Source of the DNA: an archaeon | GTDB lineage: Archaea; Nanobdellota; Nanobdellia; SCGC-AAA011-G17; VGLX01 | Direction: 5' to 3' | Assembly (NCBI GenBank): GCA_043810595.1 | Contig: JBDRNX010000032.1 | Coordinates: 38,219 to 102,218 of the forward strand | DNA length: 64,000 nt | Shown here: piece by piece, positions 1 through 9,681 of the stretch | How positions within the stretch are numbered: the first letter of the stretch is position 1 | Layout: every line of letters starts with the position of its first letter | Notes under the pieces: generated by a model | The model's input: the letters and a program-made list of their open reading frames with translations, nothing else | Databases searched by the model: none | What the model was told of the DNA's origin: nothing | Translations under genes and position numbers: made by a program

Positions 1-7
1 CTCCTGT

Positions 8-1699
8 ATGCCTGAGCTCGAAGCTAATGGTTTCAGGGGTACTTATTTCTTGACTGAAACAGATACGTATAGCCCCTCTCTGTGGAGTGAGTTTGCTGCA
101 GGGTTCAATAAGGGTCACGAGCTTGGTACTCATATGCAGGATCATTTGTGTTATGAAGTATCTGATTCAGTATTTTACAACAACATAGAGTATAACATCC
201 GGGATATAATAAGCAATACGAATGCCAAGAGGGATGACATAATAACCCATGCCTACCCTTGCGGGTTTGTCGGTCAAAACTATAAGGATATACTGAGCAA
301 CAACTGGAACTTCCTCTCAGCCAGGGGTTATTACTTCAACCAGCTTGAAGCCACAACACCGATTGACCCCTTTAACTTAAAGAGCTTAAACAGTCACGGA
401 TATCCGGGTGGCCAGTGGGAACCACCAGACTATTTCACTACTGTTGACAATGCTGAAAGCCAAGGTAAGTGGGCAAACCTGGTTTTCCACAACGAGTGCA
501 GTGATGACGGGGTAATAAACTACTTGCCTTCAAAGAATGTTTGGGTGGACACGATTGGGAATGTTATGAGGTACATCAAGTTGAGGGATGCTTCAGAAAT
601 ATACAACTATGCTGAGGTTGGTAATGAGATAAGGTTTAACGTTAGGGTTAAGGATGATACGATGAACGCCTCTTACTACAGGCAGAACCTTACGATGTGG
701 GTCCCTGTTGGCTCTAGCCAAGTAACTCAGGTGAACGTGAACAATCAACTAGCGCAGTACTTATTCGGTGAAGGCAACCAGACAAATTATGTTATATTTA
801 ATATACCCTACCCGATAAGCGCAGACGTCGTGGTAACTTTGAATTCATCATACAATATGTCAGATGATCCCTGTTTAGGAATTATCTGTAGTGATAGTAG
901 TGTGACTTGTCCTGATGGTTTTGTTAGTACATGTAGTAATACTTGTAGTGATGGTGTTTGTTCTCAGTGTACACCTAGTTGTGTTGGTCATGATGGTGAT
1001 ACAAGACCTATTGTGATAGTACAGCTTGACGACGTACAAGCTTGGTGGCTTGAAGATGTAGCTACACAAGTTGTTAACCTGCACATACAGAAAGGTATAC
1101 CGATAACATTGGGGGTCGTACCAGAAGCTCTCATGGAGAGGAATGGCATTTCAGGAAGCATCACTGAGAACCTGAAAAAATGGGCCAGGGATAACAGTGA
1201 TGTTATAGAAAGCGCAGTCCACACCTACAAACACGATGACTACACTACATGGACACTGCAACAGCAAACAGACGACATCAAGAAAGGAAAGGCTGTATTT
1301 GACACATTAGGTATTCAAACATGGATTTTTGTTCCTGCATACAACTGGGGCAACGAGTATACGCCGCAAGCTATAGTTAACGCAGGATTGTTGATAGGCA
1401 TTGATGCCTTGGAAAATGGGTATATAAATAGCATGAAAGATCCTATGATTATAGAAAACGGAGCATGGTATGGTGGAGGTTATAGTTCATTAAGTTACAG
1501 TACGGTAAGTACGATGATAGACAACAATATAAACACAACAGGCAAGGATTATTTTGTGTTAGGCTACCACCAACAGGACTTCCAAACAACTGTAAGGGTA
1601 ACGGAGCTTTCCACACTACTTGACGAGTTGAAAGCATCAGGAAAATATCGTTTCATGACCGCAAAGCAGTATTACAATTACAAGAATGGAAGTAATTAA
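8..1699 (+). CDS. Hypothetical secreted protein. Two polysaccharide-deacetylase-like halves are joined by a Cys-rich linker. The 5' end may lie outside the window.
   Basis: No in-frame stop before position 8. Second half carries an LDDVQAWW motif resembling DUF2334/NodB-type deacetylases. Linker is Cys-rich (CLGIICSDSSVTCPDG...CSQCTPSC). Confidence 0.4.
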   Translation: MPELEANGFRGTYFLTETDTYSPSLWSEFAAGFNKGHELGTHMQDHLCYEVSDSVFYNNIEYNIRDIISNTNAKRDDIITHAYPCGFVGQNYKDILSNNWNFLSARGYYFNQLEATTPIDPFNLKSLNSHGYPGGQWEPPDYFTTVDNAESQGKWANLVFHNECSDDGVINYLPSKNVWVDTIGNVMRYIKLRDASEIYNYAEVGNEIRFNVRVKDDTMNASYYRQNLTMWVPVGSSQVTQVNVNNQLAQYLFGEGNQTNYVIFNIPYPISADVVVTLNSSYNMSDDPCLGIICSDSSVTCPDGFVSTCSNTCSDGVCSQCTPSCVGHDGDTRPIVIVQLDDVQAWWLEDVATQVVNLHIQKGIPITLGVVPEALMERNGISGSITENLKKWARDNSDVIESAVHTYKHDDYTTWTLQQQTDDIKKGKAVFDTLGIQTWIFVPAYNWGNEYTPQAIVNAGLLIGIDALENGYINSMKDPMIIENGAWYGGGYSSLSYSTVSTMIDNNINTTGKDYFVLGYHQQDFQTTVRVTELSTLLDELKASGKYRFMTAKQYYNYKNGSN

Positions 1700-1707
1700 C
1701 AATAAAA

Positions 1708-2622
1708 ATGAAAAGAACAACATTGACCTTGATTATTTTTCTTATTTTGTTTTTGATACTTCTTGTTACCTTTGTTATTTTTTCTAATCCTGTTGAAGAA
1801 GAGGGACCTGTAGTTTACAATAAAACAATTATGCTCGAGCCTGGCAACGGTGCTGTGATTAACATCTGGATAGACAGCTTTTCAAGATTTGATAAGCTCA
1901 AGGATCATGGTGTCAGGTATCTTTTTGTTGATGTTGGTGATACAGGAAAGGATGGTAAGATAAAAACACCTGAAAGTGAGATAAAAGATTTTTTGGATTT
2001 TATTGGCAGGTATGAGTCTGAAAACAATTACGATTTCATCATCCTTCCCTACAGCGAGGTTATCGCAGAAGACTGTGACATATCTTCTGAATCTTTCAAG
2101 AATAATTTTGTTTGGGACTATACACGTCTCGATAGCTTGGGTTTTGACGGCATACTCGTTGATATAGAAGGCATACCCCTTGCTGAGAGGGCAGGTTATC
2201 TTAGCTTGTTAGAAAGGCTTAGGGAAAGATTACAAAAAAATTCAATAATATCGGTTTATGCTGGCGCCCTATCTGATTCCCATAATGAGTGGGAGTGGAA
2301 TTATGATTTTTATAAGTCAGTTTCTGAGCGTGTTGATTTGGTTTCTGCCAGCGGCTACGATTCAGATATAGCTGATGCTGCTGAATACAAAACTTACATA
2401 AGGGATCAGGTTGCTCTTCTTTCTTCACAGAATTTTAATACCTACTTCTTGTTTGCAGTGCCTACGCATAAGGACTATCCTGAAACGATAGATAATGCTT
2501 TGTCTGCTTACACTTCTGAAGTTAAGAAGTATCCTGAGAATAAGTTTTTGGGTATTTGCATATTTGCCGAATGGACTGTTAATGAGGATGAATGGAAAGT
2601 AATTGATAGGTTTATATATTAG
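1708..2622 (+). CDS. N-terminally membrane-anchored TIM-barrel glycosyl-hydrolase-like protein
   Basis: Hydrophobic N-terminus (LTLIIFLILFLILLVTFVIF). Motif FDGILVDIEG is reminiscent of the GH18 DxxDxDxE signature, although the middle Asp is missing. Confidence 0.35.
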   Translation: MKRTTLTLIIFLILFLILLVTFVIFSNPVEEEGPVVYNKTIMLEPGNGAVINIWIDSFSRFDKLKDHGVRYLFVDVGDTGKDGKIKTPESEIKDFLDFIGRYESENNYDFIILPYSEVIAEDCDISSESFKNNFVWDYTRLDSLGFDGILVDIEGIPLAERAGYLSLLERLRERLQKNSIISVYAGALSDSHNEWEWNYDFYKSVSERVDLVSASGYDSDIADAAEYKTYIRDQVALLSSQNFNTYFLFAVPTHKDYPETIDNALSAYTSEVKKYPENKFLGICIFAEWTVNEDEWKVIDRFIY

Positions 2623-2641
2623 TTGCTTATCATTTCAGGCC

Positions 2642-3376
2642 ATGATAGCTGTTGTTTTATGTGCGGGTTATGCAACCAGGTTATATCCACTTACTGAGAA
2701 CAAGTCTAAGGCTCTTCTCCCCATTGAGGGAAAACCTCTGCTCGATTACACCATAGAAAAAGTAGGGCAGATTGTTGATGTTGATATGATATACGTTGTT
2801 ACCAATGACAAATTTTATAAAGATTTTCTAAACTGGAAAAAAATAAACAGCTTCGGCGAAAAAATAAGGGTTTTAAATGATAAAACAACATGCAATGCAG
2901 AGAGGTTAGGGGGTATAGGCGATTTGCATTTTGTAATAAAAAAGGAAAATATCAATGATGATATTCTGGTTGTGCTGGGGGATACCATTTTTAATTTTGA
3001 TTTGAGGCTAATGGTGGATTCTTTCAAAAAGACTAATTGTACCACTTTAGGTGTTTATAGGTTACAGGATTTTAAGCAATCTCAGATTTTGGGTTTGGTA
3101 TTAGTTAAAGATGGGAAAGTTTTGTCAATTAAAGATGGTCTTGTGACAAAAGAGTCAAATATTATCTTTACAGGTATACACATATTCATTAAGTCTGATA
3201 TAAAAAGGATAGAAAAGTACATGAAAACTGATAAGCCAAAGGAAGGCCCAGGTTACTTGATTATGGAATGGCTTTCTTCAAAAGAAGTACGTGCTCACGT
3301 CTTTGAAGGTCGGTGGTTTGATATAGGTACAAAAGAAACCTATGATGAGGTTAATCATCTGTTCAGTGAGAGATAA
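2642..3376 (+). CDS. Sugar-phosphate nucleotidyltransferase (GlmU/RmlA-like)
   Basis: N-terminal MIAVVLCAGYATRLYPLT...KALLP motif typical of NTP-transferases. Internal ATG at 2642 chosen as start. Confidence 0.7.
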   Translation: MIAVVLCAGYATRLYPLTENKSKALLPIEGKPLLDYTIEKVGQIVDVDMIYVVTNDKFYKDFLNWKKINSFGEKIRVLNDKTTCNAERLGGIGDLHFVIKKENINDDILVVLGDTIFNFDLRLMVDSFKKTNCTTLGVYRLQDFKQSQILGLVLVKDGKVLSIKDGLVTKESNIIFTGIHIFIKSDIKRIEKYMKTDKPKEGPGYLIMEWLSSKEVRAHVFEGRWFDIGTKETYDEVNHLFSER

Positions 3377-3936
3377 GCTTTCATTATAATCCAGTCTGTC
3401 TGTCCATCAAACATATCTTTCCTCGAGTCTAATACATTTCTGACAGCCTCTTCAAGGGGGATTCTTACAAGTTTTATTCTTTCTGTTGATTCTTGGTTTG
3501 TACTTCCAAGTTCTATATCTCTCGCTATGAACATGTGTTGGGGGCAATCGATAACGCCGGGTACTGGTCTGAACAAGCCAGCATACTCAACTTTTCTTGC
3601 TTTTATGCCCAGTTCTTCAGCAAGTTCTCTGATTGCTGTCTCCATGTGTGAACTGTCACTTTCTTCTATTGCTCCTCCGGGTGCGAATAACCTTTCCACC
3701 CCTCCTGCATACGAGAAAGTTCTTGCAAGGTAAATCTGCTTTTGTTCGTCTATAGGTAGAATTGCAGCCCCCGGTTTTGGCTGTACCCACTCGTAAACTC
3801 CTTCTTTTCTATCAGGTCTTATTACCTTGTCCTTATGAACCTTTAATCCATATCTTCCTGTCCACGTCTCTCTTTCTAGAATAATCCAAGTTCCGTGGTT
3901 CATGGGGAATCCTTTTGTTTCTTTTATCCATTCCAT
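3355..3936 (-). CDS. NUDIX hydrolase (ADP-ribose pyrophosphatase-like)
   Basis: Nudix box GGAIEESDSSHMETAIRELAEELGI. Confidence 0.75.
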   Translation of the reverse strand: MEWIKETKGFPMNHGTWIILERETWTGRYGLKVHKDKVIRPDRKEGVYEWVQPKPGAAILPIDEQKQIYLARTFSYAGGVERLFAPGGAIEESDSSHMETAIRELAEELGIKARKVEYAGLFRPVPGVIDCPQHMFIARDIELGSTNQESTERIKLVRIPLEEAVRNVLDSRKDMFDGQTDWIIMKAYLSLNR

Positions 3937-3957
3937 GGTTTTAGTTATGATAGCACT

Positions 3958-4557
3958 TCAGCAATGTTTTTCGATGTAGTGGTTTACCTTCAGGATCAAG
4001 CTTGTTGTTTGTCCATCAAATATCGTTCCATCCATAACTTTGTTAACTGCTTCTTCTAAGCTTATCTTTACTAACTTTATGTTCTCTCCTGCTTCAAGCT
4101 CTTGTTCTCCGAATGTTAGGCCCTTTGCCATGTACAAGAATTGGTTGCTGTTTACTACTGCTGTTGATGAGTTGAACTGTCCAAGGTAAATCCATTCTTT
4201 TGAGGTTATCCCCAGTTCTTCTTTGAGTTCTCTCTTTGCAGCTTCAAGGTGGGTTTCACCTGGATTTATACCCCCGCTAATCGCCTCCAGACTAATCTTC
4301 CCTATTGCATACTGGAAATCTTTGCCTAGGTAAACATTGCCTTTTTCATCTACAGGTAACACTGAAACTCCCGGGTTTAATGAGACCCATCCGTACACTC
4401 CTTCTTTTCCGTCAGGCCTTATTACCTTATCTTCAAAAACCTTTAGGCCAAACCTGTTTGCGTATTTTTCCGCCCTTTCAACTACGGTCCAGGGACCGTT
4501 TTTTATTAATTCCTGCTTTCCCATTTGTATACCCCCTGTTGCCGCTTTTTCGGGCAT
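3958..4557 (-). CDS. NUDIX hydrolase, tandem paralog of the preceding gene
   Basis: Nudix box GGINPGETHLEAAKRELKEELGI. The N-terminal region is similar to its neighbour (FGLKVFEDKVIRPDGKEGVY versus YGLKVHKDKVIRPDRKEGVY). Confidence 0.75.
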   Translation of the reverse strand: MPEKAATGGIQMGKQELIKNGPWTVVERAEKYANRFGLKVFEDKVIRPDGKEGVYGWVSLNPGVSVLPVDEKGNVYLGKDFQYAIGKISLEAISGGINPGETHLEAAKRELKEELGITSKEWIYLGQFNSSTAVVNSNQFLYMAKGLTFGEQELEAGENIKLVKISLEEAVNKVMDGTIFDGQTTSLILKVNHYIEKHC

Positions 4558-4655
4558 CTCACTGCTGTCTTGATATATAAATTTTGCCTAATTCGAGGTT
4601 TTGTCTATACCAAAATATACAAATTTTTAAATAGGGTCATTATAACCAACGCAGC

Positions 4656-5867
4656 ATGAAAGGTCCTTTTTCGATATGGTGCTTCTTCGGGCTCACCCTC
4701 ACAATTGATGTGCTAACTCTTGGCTATCATAAGGTAAGGGGTAGTAAGCTTAAGAGAGTAAACCCTTACAATCCGATTAGGGGGGTTTCTGTAATAATTC
4801 CTGCTCACAAGGAGGGTAAGCACATAGAGAAGACCATTCGCTCTTTGTATGCTGAGAGTTACCCTTTGAAGAACGTTATCGTTTGTTCTGATGCCGAATC
4901 TAGTAAAACGAAGGAGTTTGTTGACGCTTTATGTTCTGAATATGATAACCTTTACTATATCGAGTGCCCTTACATTTCAAAATCGAGGAAGATTAATTAC
5001 GTTGTTAAAACCGTGGCTGACGTTCTGGGGGAGTTTGTTTATGTTCGCGACGCTCGTGTCACAGGTAATCCTAATTGTATAGAGAAAATGGTTTCTTATT
5101 TTTCTGATGATACCGTTGCTGCCGTGACCTCTTATGGTCGGTTGAGTATTCCTAAGAATTTTTGGTCCAGAGCTTACTACTATGGTAAGTCATGGATTAA
5201 TGAGGTTGGAAGATTCAGGAAGAGGGCTCAGGAGAAGCGTGATGCTTTGTTTGTTATTTGTGGGGCCTCAACAATGTACAGGACTTCTGTTTTGAATTAC
5301 ATTTTCATACCTCACGGAACTAAGACAGAAGACACGCATTACACTTGGAGGCTTCAGACTGCTGGTTATAGGATTAGGGTTGCCGATGATGCTGTTGTTT
5401 CTGCTCCTGAGATTGATGGTAGGGATTGGGATGGTATAAAGGGTCAGTTGAGGCAGGCTTACCGCTGGAGTTCTGGAACAATTCAATGTTTTTACAAGGA
5501 GGGTCATAACATCCCTTACAACAAGAGATTGTTTTTTACCACTGTGTTGCCGGGTTTCTTGGAAGCCATAACCTATTCCATACCACTTGTTATACTTCCC
5601 CTCCTGATAATTTTTTATCCTTTTTACGGGTGGGGGTTTTTGATTGGCGACACCGTTTTTTCTTTGGTGGGTACTCTTGTTTTTCTTCCTAGAAAGTTTT
5701 TCAAGACATTGGTGCATTATCACCAAGTTTTCTTTTTCAAGTATCTGAACGCTTTGGTTTTTCTCTATGCACTTGTTCGTGTTACTGCTGATGCTATAGA
5801 TGGCAACACAAAAAGGTGGCATAATGAGTGGGTCCCTCTGCAGACGGACTACGTCGTTGCCAAATAA
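4656..5867 (+). CDS. Family 2 glycosyltransferase, integral membrane
   Basis: VSVIIPAHKEG...SL motif of GT-A fold GT2 enzymes. C-terminal hydrophobic segments present. Confidence 0.6.
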   Translation: MKGPFSIWCFFGLTLTIDVLTLGYHKVRGSKLKRVNPYNPIRGVSVIIPAHKEGKHIEKTIRSLYAESYPLKNVIVCSDAESSKTKEFVDALCSEYDNLYYIECPYISKSRKINYVVKTVADVLGEFVYVRDARVTGNPNCIEKMVSYFSDDTVAAVTSYGRLSIPKNFWSRAYYYGKSWINEVGRFRKRAQEKRDALFVICGASTMYRTSVLNYIFIPHGTKTEDTHYTWRLQTAGYRIRVADDAVVSAPEIDGRDWDGIKGQLRQAYRWSSGTIQCFYKEGHNIPYNKRLFFTTVLPGFLEAITYSIPLVILPLLIIFYPFYGWGFLIGDTVFSLVGTLVFLPRKFFKTLVHYHQVFFFKYLNALVFLYALVRVTADAIDGNTKRWHNEWVPLQTDYVVAK

Positions 5868-6082
5868 TTATTATTGTTTAGTATTCACTCCAAAATATAT
5901 CTTCCAGCCACTAGACATCCCGACACTTGTGCACAAATTGTTTATAAGCAACCTAGTCTACTGCTATATTACCTCGTGAAACAAGTTCCGAAGAGGGGGG
6001 TAAAGATGATAAAAGATGTGTGCAACACAAAAGGCTCATTCTTACCTGAAATAAAATGCGAAAGCAAAGGAGGTATTTGAAA

Positions 6083-6367
6083 ATGGCAGATAGGCCTATA
6101 GAAAAGTGGAGGATCGGCAACATAGAGGCCGCCCTCTGGGAAAATAGGAGGACCATGAACGGTGATGAAGTCACCTACTGGACTGTCTCGTTGGGCAGAA
6201 GCTTTAAAAAGAAGGACGAAGGCATATGGCGTAACGAAGTGATAAACAACCTGAGGAGGAATGATATACCAAAGCTGATTGCAATCCTTCAGAGGGTTCA
6301 GGACCACTTGTATTTTAATCTAAACAAAGACAAAGAAGCCAAGGAAGAAGTTGAGGATGAGGAGTGA
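6083..6367 (+). CDS. Hypothetical small protein
   Basis: ORF preceded by GGAGGTATTTGAAA ribosome-binding site. No recognisable family. Confidence 0.4.
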   Translation: MADRPIEKWRIGNIEAALWENRRTMNGDEVTYWTVSLGRSFKKKDEGIWRNEVINNLRRNDIPKLIAILQRVQDHLYFNLNKDKEAKEEVEDEE

Positions 6368-6376
6368 GGTGGAAGC

Positions 6377-7405
6377 ATGAAAGATGAAAAGGTGGTGAAG
6401 GAAGAGGTTGTTGAGGAAATTTCTGAAGCTCCAAAAAAAGAGAGGAAAGAAAAGAAGAAGAAGGAAGAACTGACAATCTATAACCTTCCAGGTGTTGGTG
6501 CTGCTACTGCGGAAAAGCTTTTGGAATCTGGTTACAGCGATTTGCTTTCTATTGCCGTTTCCTCTCCCGGAGAGCTTGTTGAGGTTGCTGGTGTGGGTGA
6601 GGCTGCTGCTAGGAAGATGATTAACTTTGCAAGGAATTCTTTTGATATGGGTTTTGAGTCAGGAGATGAACTTCTTAGAAAAAGAGAGAACATAGTTAAG
6701 ATAAGCACGGGAAGCAAGACTTTTGATGGGTTGCTCGGCGGCGGCTTTGAATCTGGTTCCATCTCAGAATGTTTTGGTGAGTTTGGTGCAAGCAAGTCAC
6801 AGATTGCTCACGCGCTTGCTGTTAACGTTCAGTTGCCCAGAGAAAAAGGTGGTGCTGAGGGTACAGCAGTCTTCATAGACGGCGAGTCAACCTTCAGGCC
6901 TGAGAGGATAGTGCAGATTGCTAAGGCAGCCGGTATTGATTCCAATCAGGCGTTGAAGAACATTAAAGTGGCTCGTGCTTTTAACAGCGATCATCAGATG
7001 TTGCTTGCTGAGAAGACTGAAGAGTTGATTAAGGAAAACAACGTTAAGTTGATAATTATAGATTCCTTGACATCCCACTTCAGGGCAGACTTCGCAGGCA
7101 GGGGCCAGCTTGCTGATAGGCAGCAGAAGTTGAACAAGCACATGCATACGTTGATGAGGTTGGCTTATAAGTACAACATCTGTATCTATGTTACCAACCA
7201 GGTGATGGCAAGGCCTGATGTTTTCTTCGGAGACCCTACTGCTGCTATCGGAGGTAACATAGTTGGGCATAACTCTCAAACAAGAATTTACCTGAGGAAA
7301 GGTAAGAAGGGTACTAGGGTTGCTAAGCTTATAGACAGTCCCCACCTTCCTGACGGCGAAGCTGTATTTATGGTCACTGAGGGAGGCATCAGGGACATTG
7401 ACTAA
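6377..7405 (+). CDS. radA: DNA repair and recombination protein RadA
   Basis: N-terminal HhH domain ([20 protein letters not shown]). RecA core with [37 protein letters not shown] and [27 protein letters not shown] motifs. The Walker A is atypical (GEFGASKS). Confidence 0.9.
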   Translation: MKDEKVVKEEVVEEISEAPKKERKEKKKKEELTIYNLPGVGAATAEKLLESGYSDLLSIAVSSPGELVEVAGVGEAAARKMINFARNSFDMGFESGDELLRKRENIVKISTGSKTFDGLLGGGFESGSISECFGEFGASKSQIAHALAVNVQLPREKGGAEGTAVFIDGESTFRPERIVQIAKAAGIDSNQALKNIKVARAFNSDHQMLLAEKTEELIKENNVKLIIIDSLTSHFRADFAGRGQLADRQQKLNKHMHTLMRLAYKYNICIYVTNQVMARPDVFFGDPTAAIGGNIVGHNSQTRIYLRKGKKGTRVAKLIDSPHLPDGEAVFMVTEGGIRDID

Positions 7406-7418
7406 ATTTTTTCTTTTT

Positions 7419-7904
7419 TTATTTTTTTTCTCTGTTCATTCCCCACAGTAGTGTTGGCAATCCCAAACTGAGAAGCACAAGTCCCAAGGTTTCGTGGCTT
7501 GCTATGTCCGCAACATCAAAGAAAGTGCCATATTTTATCAGTTGAAGCAAAAACACTACCAGCCCTGCTACTATGAATGCCATCCCTATATGCTTGATTT
7601 TTACCCTGTCAAATATCCAGCCGCTGTCTTTTTGTTTGTTTTTGAATTTTCCAGGAGGTTGTCTCCTTACTGCTTTGTATATTTCTGTGGTGAACCTTTC
7701 CAAGGTTGCTGCTGACAGCATTATTAGTATTATGCTTTGGCCGGGAAGTGATAGTAGCAAAACCAAGTACCAGAATTCTGTTAGAAGCGGGCTTCTGAAG
7801 AATTTTATTATCTTGAACTTCTCGAAAAGGGTGTCTTTCCAAGCTCCTGTTATTGCAATTATGAATCCGACAAAGAATCCGTAGAAGTATTCTATCACCA
7901 TCAT
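7419..7904 (-). CDS. Hypothetical membrane protein
   Basis: Several hydrophobic helices. No family recognised. Confidence 0.4.
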   Translation of the reverse strand: MMVIEYFYGFFVGFIIAITGAWKDTLFEKFKIIKFFRSPLLTEFWYLVLLLSLPGQSIILIMLSAATLERFTTEIYKAVRRQPPGKFKNKQKDSGWIFDRVKIKHIGMAFIVAGLVVFLLQLIKYGTFFDVADIASHETLGLVLLSLGLPTLLWGMNREKK

Positions 7905-7971
7905 TGTTTGAGCCTCCGTTTTTTCTTCTTAATCTGGAGGCTTATGGCTTTTTAAAATTTTTTATTGTAGC

Positions 7972-8265
7972 CTAGCTCTTAGGCAGGGCATACTCTGCTT
8001 CTAGTTTTTTTGCGTTTAGCAAGAACCTTAACCTGTACATTTCGTGGTTATTTTTTTCTTCGAGTAGTTTTTCTGCTATGTAGTCTCTTAGCTGTTTGTG
8101 TGGTAAGGACCTGTTTATTTTTTCGTAAATGAGTATTAATTGTAGTTTTTCTTCCATCTTTTTTGTGTCCCAGTCTTCGTTGAGGAAGCTGTGTACCAGA
8201 TCTTCTATGCCTCCCACGTCCTCTTCTGACAGTTTATCTATTTTTAAGAAGTTTCCATAACTCAT
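7972..8265 (-). CDS. Hypothetical protein, second gene of the unit
   Basis: ORF. The internal Met (MSYGNF...) gives a 4-nt ATGA overlap with the upstream gene. Confidence 0.35.
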   Translation of the reverse strand: MSYGNFLKIDKLSEEDVGGIEDLVHSFLNEDWDTKKMEEKLQLILIYEKINRSLPHKQLRDYIAEKLLEEKNNHEMYRLRFLLNAKKLEAEYALPKS

Positions 8266-8657
8266 TTTTTCCTTATCCCTATCCCCCACTTCGTCAAGTA
8301 TTCTTTATCTAACTCCTGTTTTTCCCTTAATCCCATCAATGTGTAGAGTGTTGGCCTGTCCATCACCAGGAAGCCTATAGTGTCTCCTGCTTTGAGTTTT
8401 TGATTGACAAAATCTTCTATGTTCCTGCTCCATGCTTTAGAATATGATGTGAGGTTTGCGTCTTCACTGTAGTTTGATATTCCGTTGTTTTCTTGTTTTA
8501 TTACCCACTCAAGGAAACCGTCTTTGTACAGAACGTAGATTTTATCTTCTTTATCTTTTGGCAGGGCTGTGGTTGTTATCAGCAATGCTCCTTCATAAAG
8601 GGTTCTTATTATGTCAGATCTCCTGTCAAACCTGTCCCTCCCTTCTAATTGCTGCAT
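8262..8657 (-). CDS. Hypothetical protein, first gene of an overlapping two-gene unit
   Basis: ORF. Its stop overlaps the start of the downstream gene as ATGA. Confidence 0.4.
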   Translation of the reverse strand: MQQLEGRDRFDRRSDIIRTLYEGALLITTTALPKDKEDKIYVLYKDGFLEWVIKQENNGISNYSEDANLTSYSKAWSRNIEDFVNQKLKAGDTIGFLVMDRPTLYTLMGLREKQELDKEYLTKWGIGIRKK

Positions 8658-8751
8658 GGTGCTTTTTTGTTGTGGTAAGGCTTATAAACCTTTTCAAAAA
8701 CACGGCTGGGTATGGAATTAGAAGAGTTAAGGAATCTGGTGAAGTAGTAGT

Positions 8752-9159
8752 TTATAACCTATACCTTATTATGAGAAGTGCTATCAGAATAAAGTAAGTT
8801 ATGATTATGAATTTCTTGTTTTTCCAGTAGAACGGTCCGCTTTTTATCTTTCTTTTTGTGAAAGGGTAAAGGTATCTGGATCCTTCTTCTCTGTGCACGA
8901 ACAAGTCTGTAATTATGTGTGTTCCATAACCGTAACCGAAAAGCATCATGTGATTGCTGTGTATTATTAAAGCTGCTAATACTATTAGAGGGGCTAGGAA
9001 TATGGAATGTAGGTATTCCCCCAAGAGGTGTATCCTCTTGTTTTTCTTGTGCAAGTATGCTAGCACATACAGGAAGTCTGGAGCTATCACCCCAAATAGA
9101 AGGAATAACGAAAAGCCGAATAAGGCCCCTGTAAGTAGTAGGTGGCCTATAAGTTCCAT
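8752..9159 (-). CDS. Membrane-bound metal-dependent hydrolase-like protein (DUF457/YdjM-like)
   Basis: N-terminal MELIGHLLLTGALFG and several His residues in TM helices. Internal Met chosen as start. Confidence 0.35.
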   Translation of the reverse strand: MELIGHLLLTGALFGFSLFLLFGVIAPDFLYVLAYLHKKNKRIHLLGEYLHSIFLAPLIVLAALIIHSNHMMLFGYGYGTHIITDLFVHREEGSRYLYPFTKRKIKSGPFYWKNKKFIIITYFILIALLIIRYRL

Positions 9160-9226
9160 TATAGAACAGTAAATATTAAATACTTTATTAAGTTTTTTAT
9201 GGTAAAAATGATTGGAGGTTTTGAAA

Positions 9227-9490
9227 ATGAATGAGTGGGGGTTTGTGGTTTTTCTGTTGATTATTGCTGGGATTTGGAGCATAATCTGGAAAGGGATTGC
9301 TCTTTGGAAATCCGCTAGGTATGGTCAGAAGGCTTGGTTCGTTGTACTGCTGATTGTTAATACAGTTGGTTTGTTGGAGATAATCTATTTGGCCTTCTTC
9401 CAGAAGAGACCTGTTAGACCTATCATGAAACCAGCAGCTAAGGCTACCACTCCTATGCCTAAGAGGCCTGTTGTTAGGAAGAGAAAATAA
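9227..9490 (+). CDS. Small membrane protein
   Basis: Two predicted TM helices. GGAGGTTTTGAAA ribosome-binding site before the ATG. Confidence 0.4.
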   Translation: MNEWGFVVFLLIIAGIWSIIWKGIALWKSARYGQKAWFVVLLIVNTVGLLEIIYLAFFQKRPVRPIMKPAAKATTPMPKRPVVRKRK

Positions 9491-9542
9491 TTTTTTATTA
9501 TTTTTATTAAAGGATTTCTTGAAAGTTTACAATGAGGGTATA

Positions 9543-9634
9543 TGCCCCCGCTGGGATTTGAACCCAGGCCACAAGCTGTTTGCATATAGATTATTCCGCA
9601 AGCTCGCATACTATCCAGGCTATACTACGAGGGC
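9543..9634 (-). tRNA. tRNA-Arg(GCG) with ~18-nt intron at the canonical 37/38 position
   Basis: Hand-folded. Acceptor GCCCTCG/CGGGGGC. T-arm CTGGG-TTCAAAT-CCCAG. Anticodon stem CGAGC/GCTTG with loop TTGCGG plus insertion AATAATCTATATGCAAAC. A TTTAAAA box lies about 30 nt upstream. Confidence 0.65.
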
Positions 9635-9681
9635 GTATTTTTTAGTTCTCTTTCTCGGCTTTTAAATCTATTGCTGCAGAA

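Noticed and set aside
9471-9665. 64-aa plus-strand ORF
   Set aside because: It completely overlaps the tRNA-Arg gene on the opposite strand. It is a spurious ORF.
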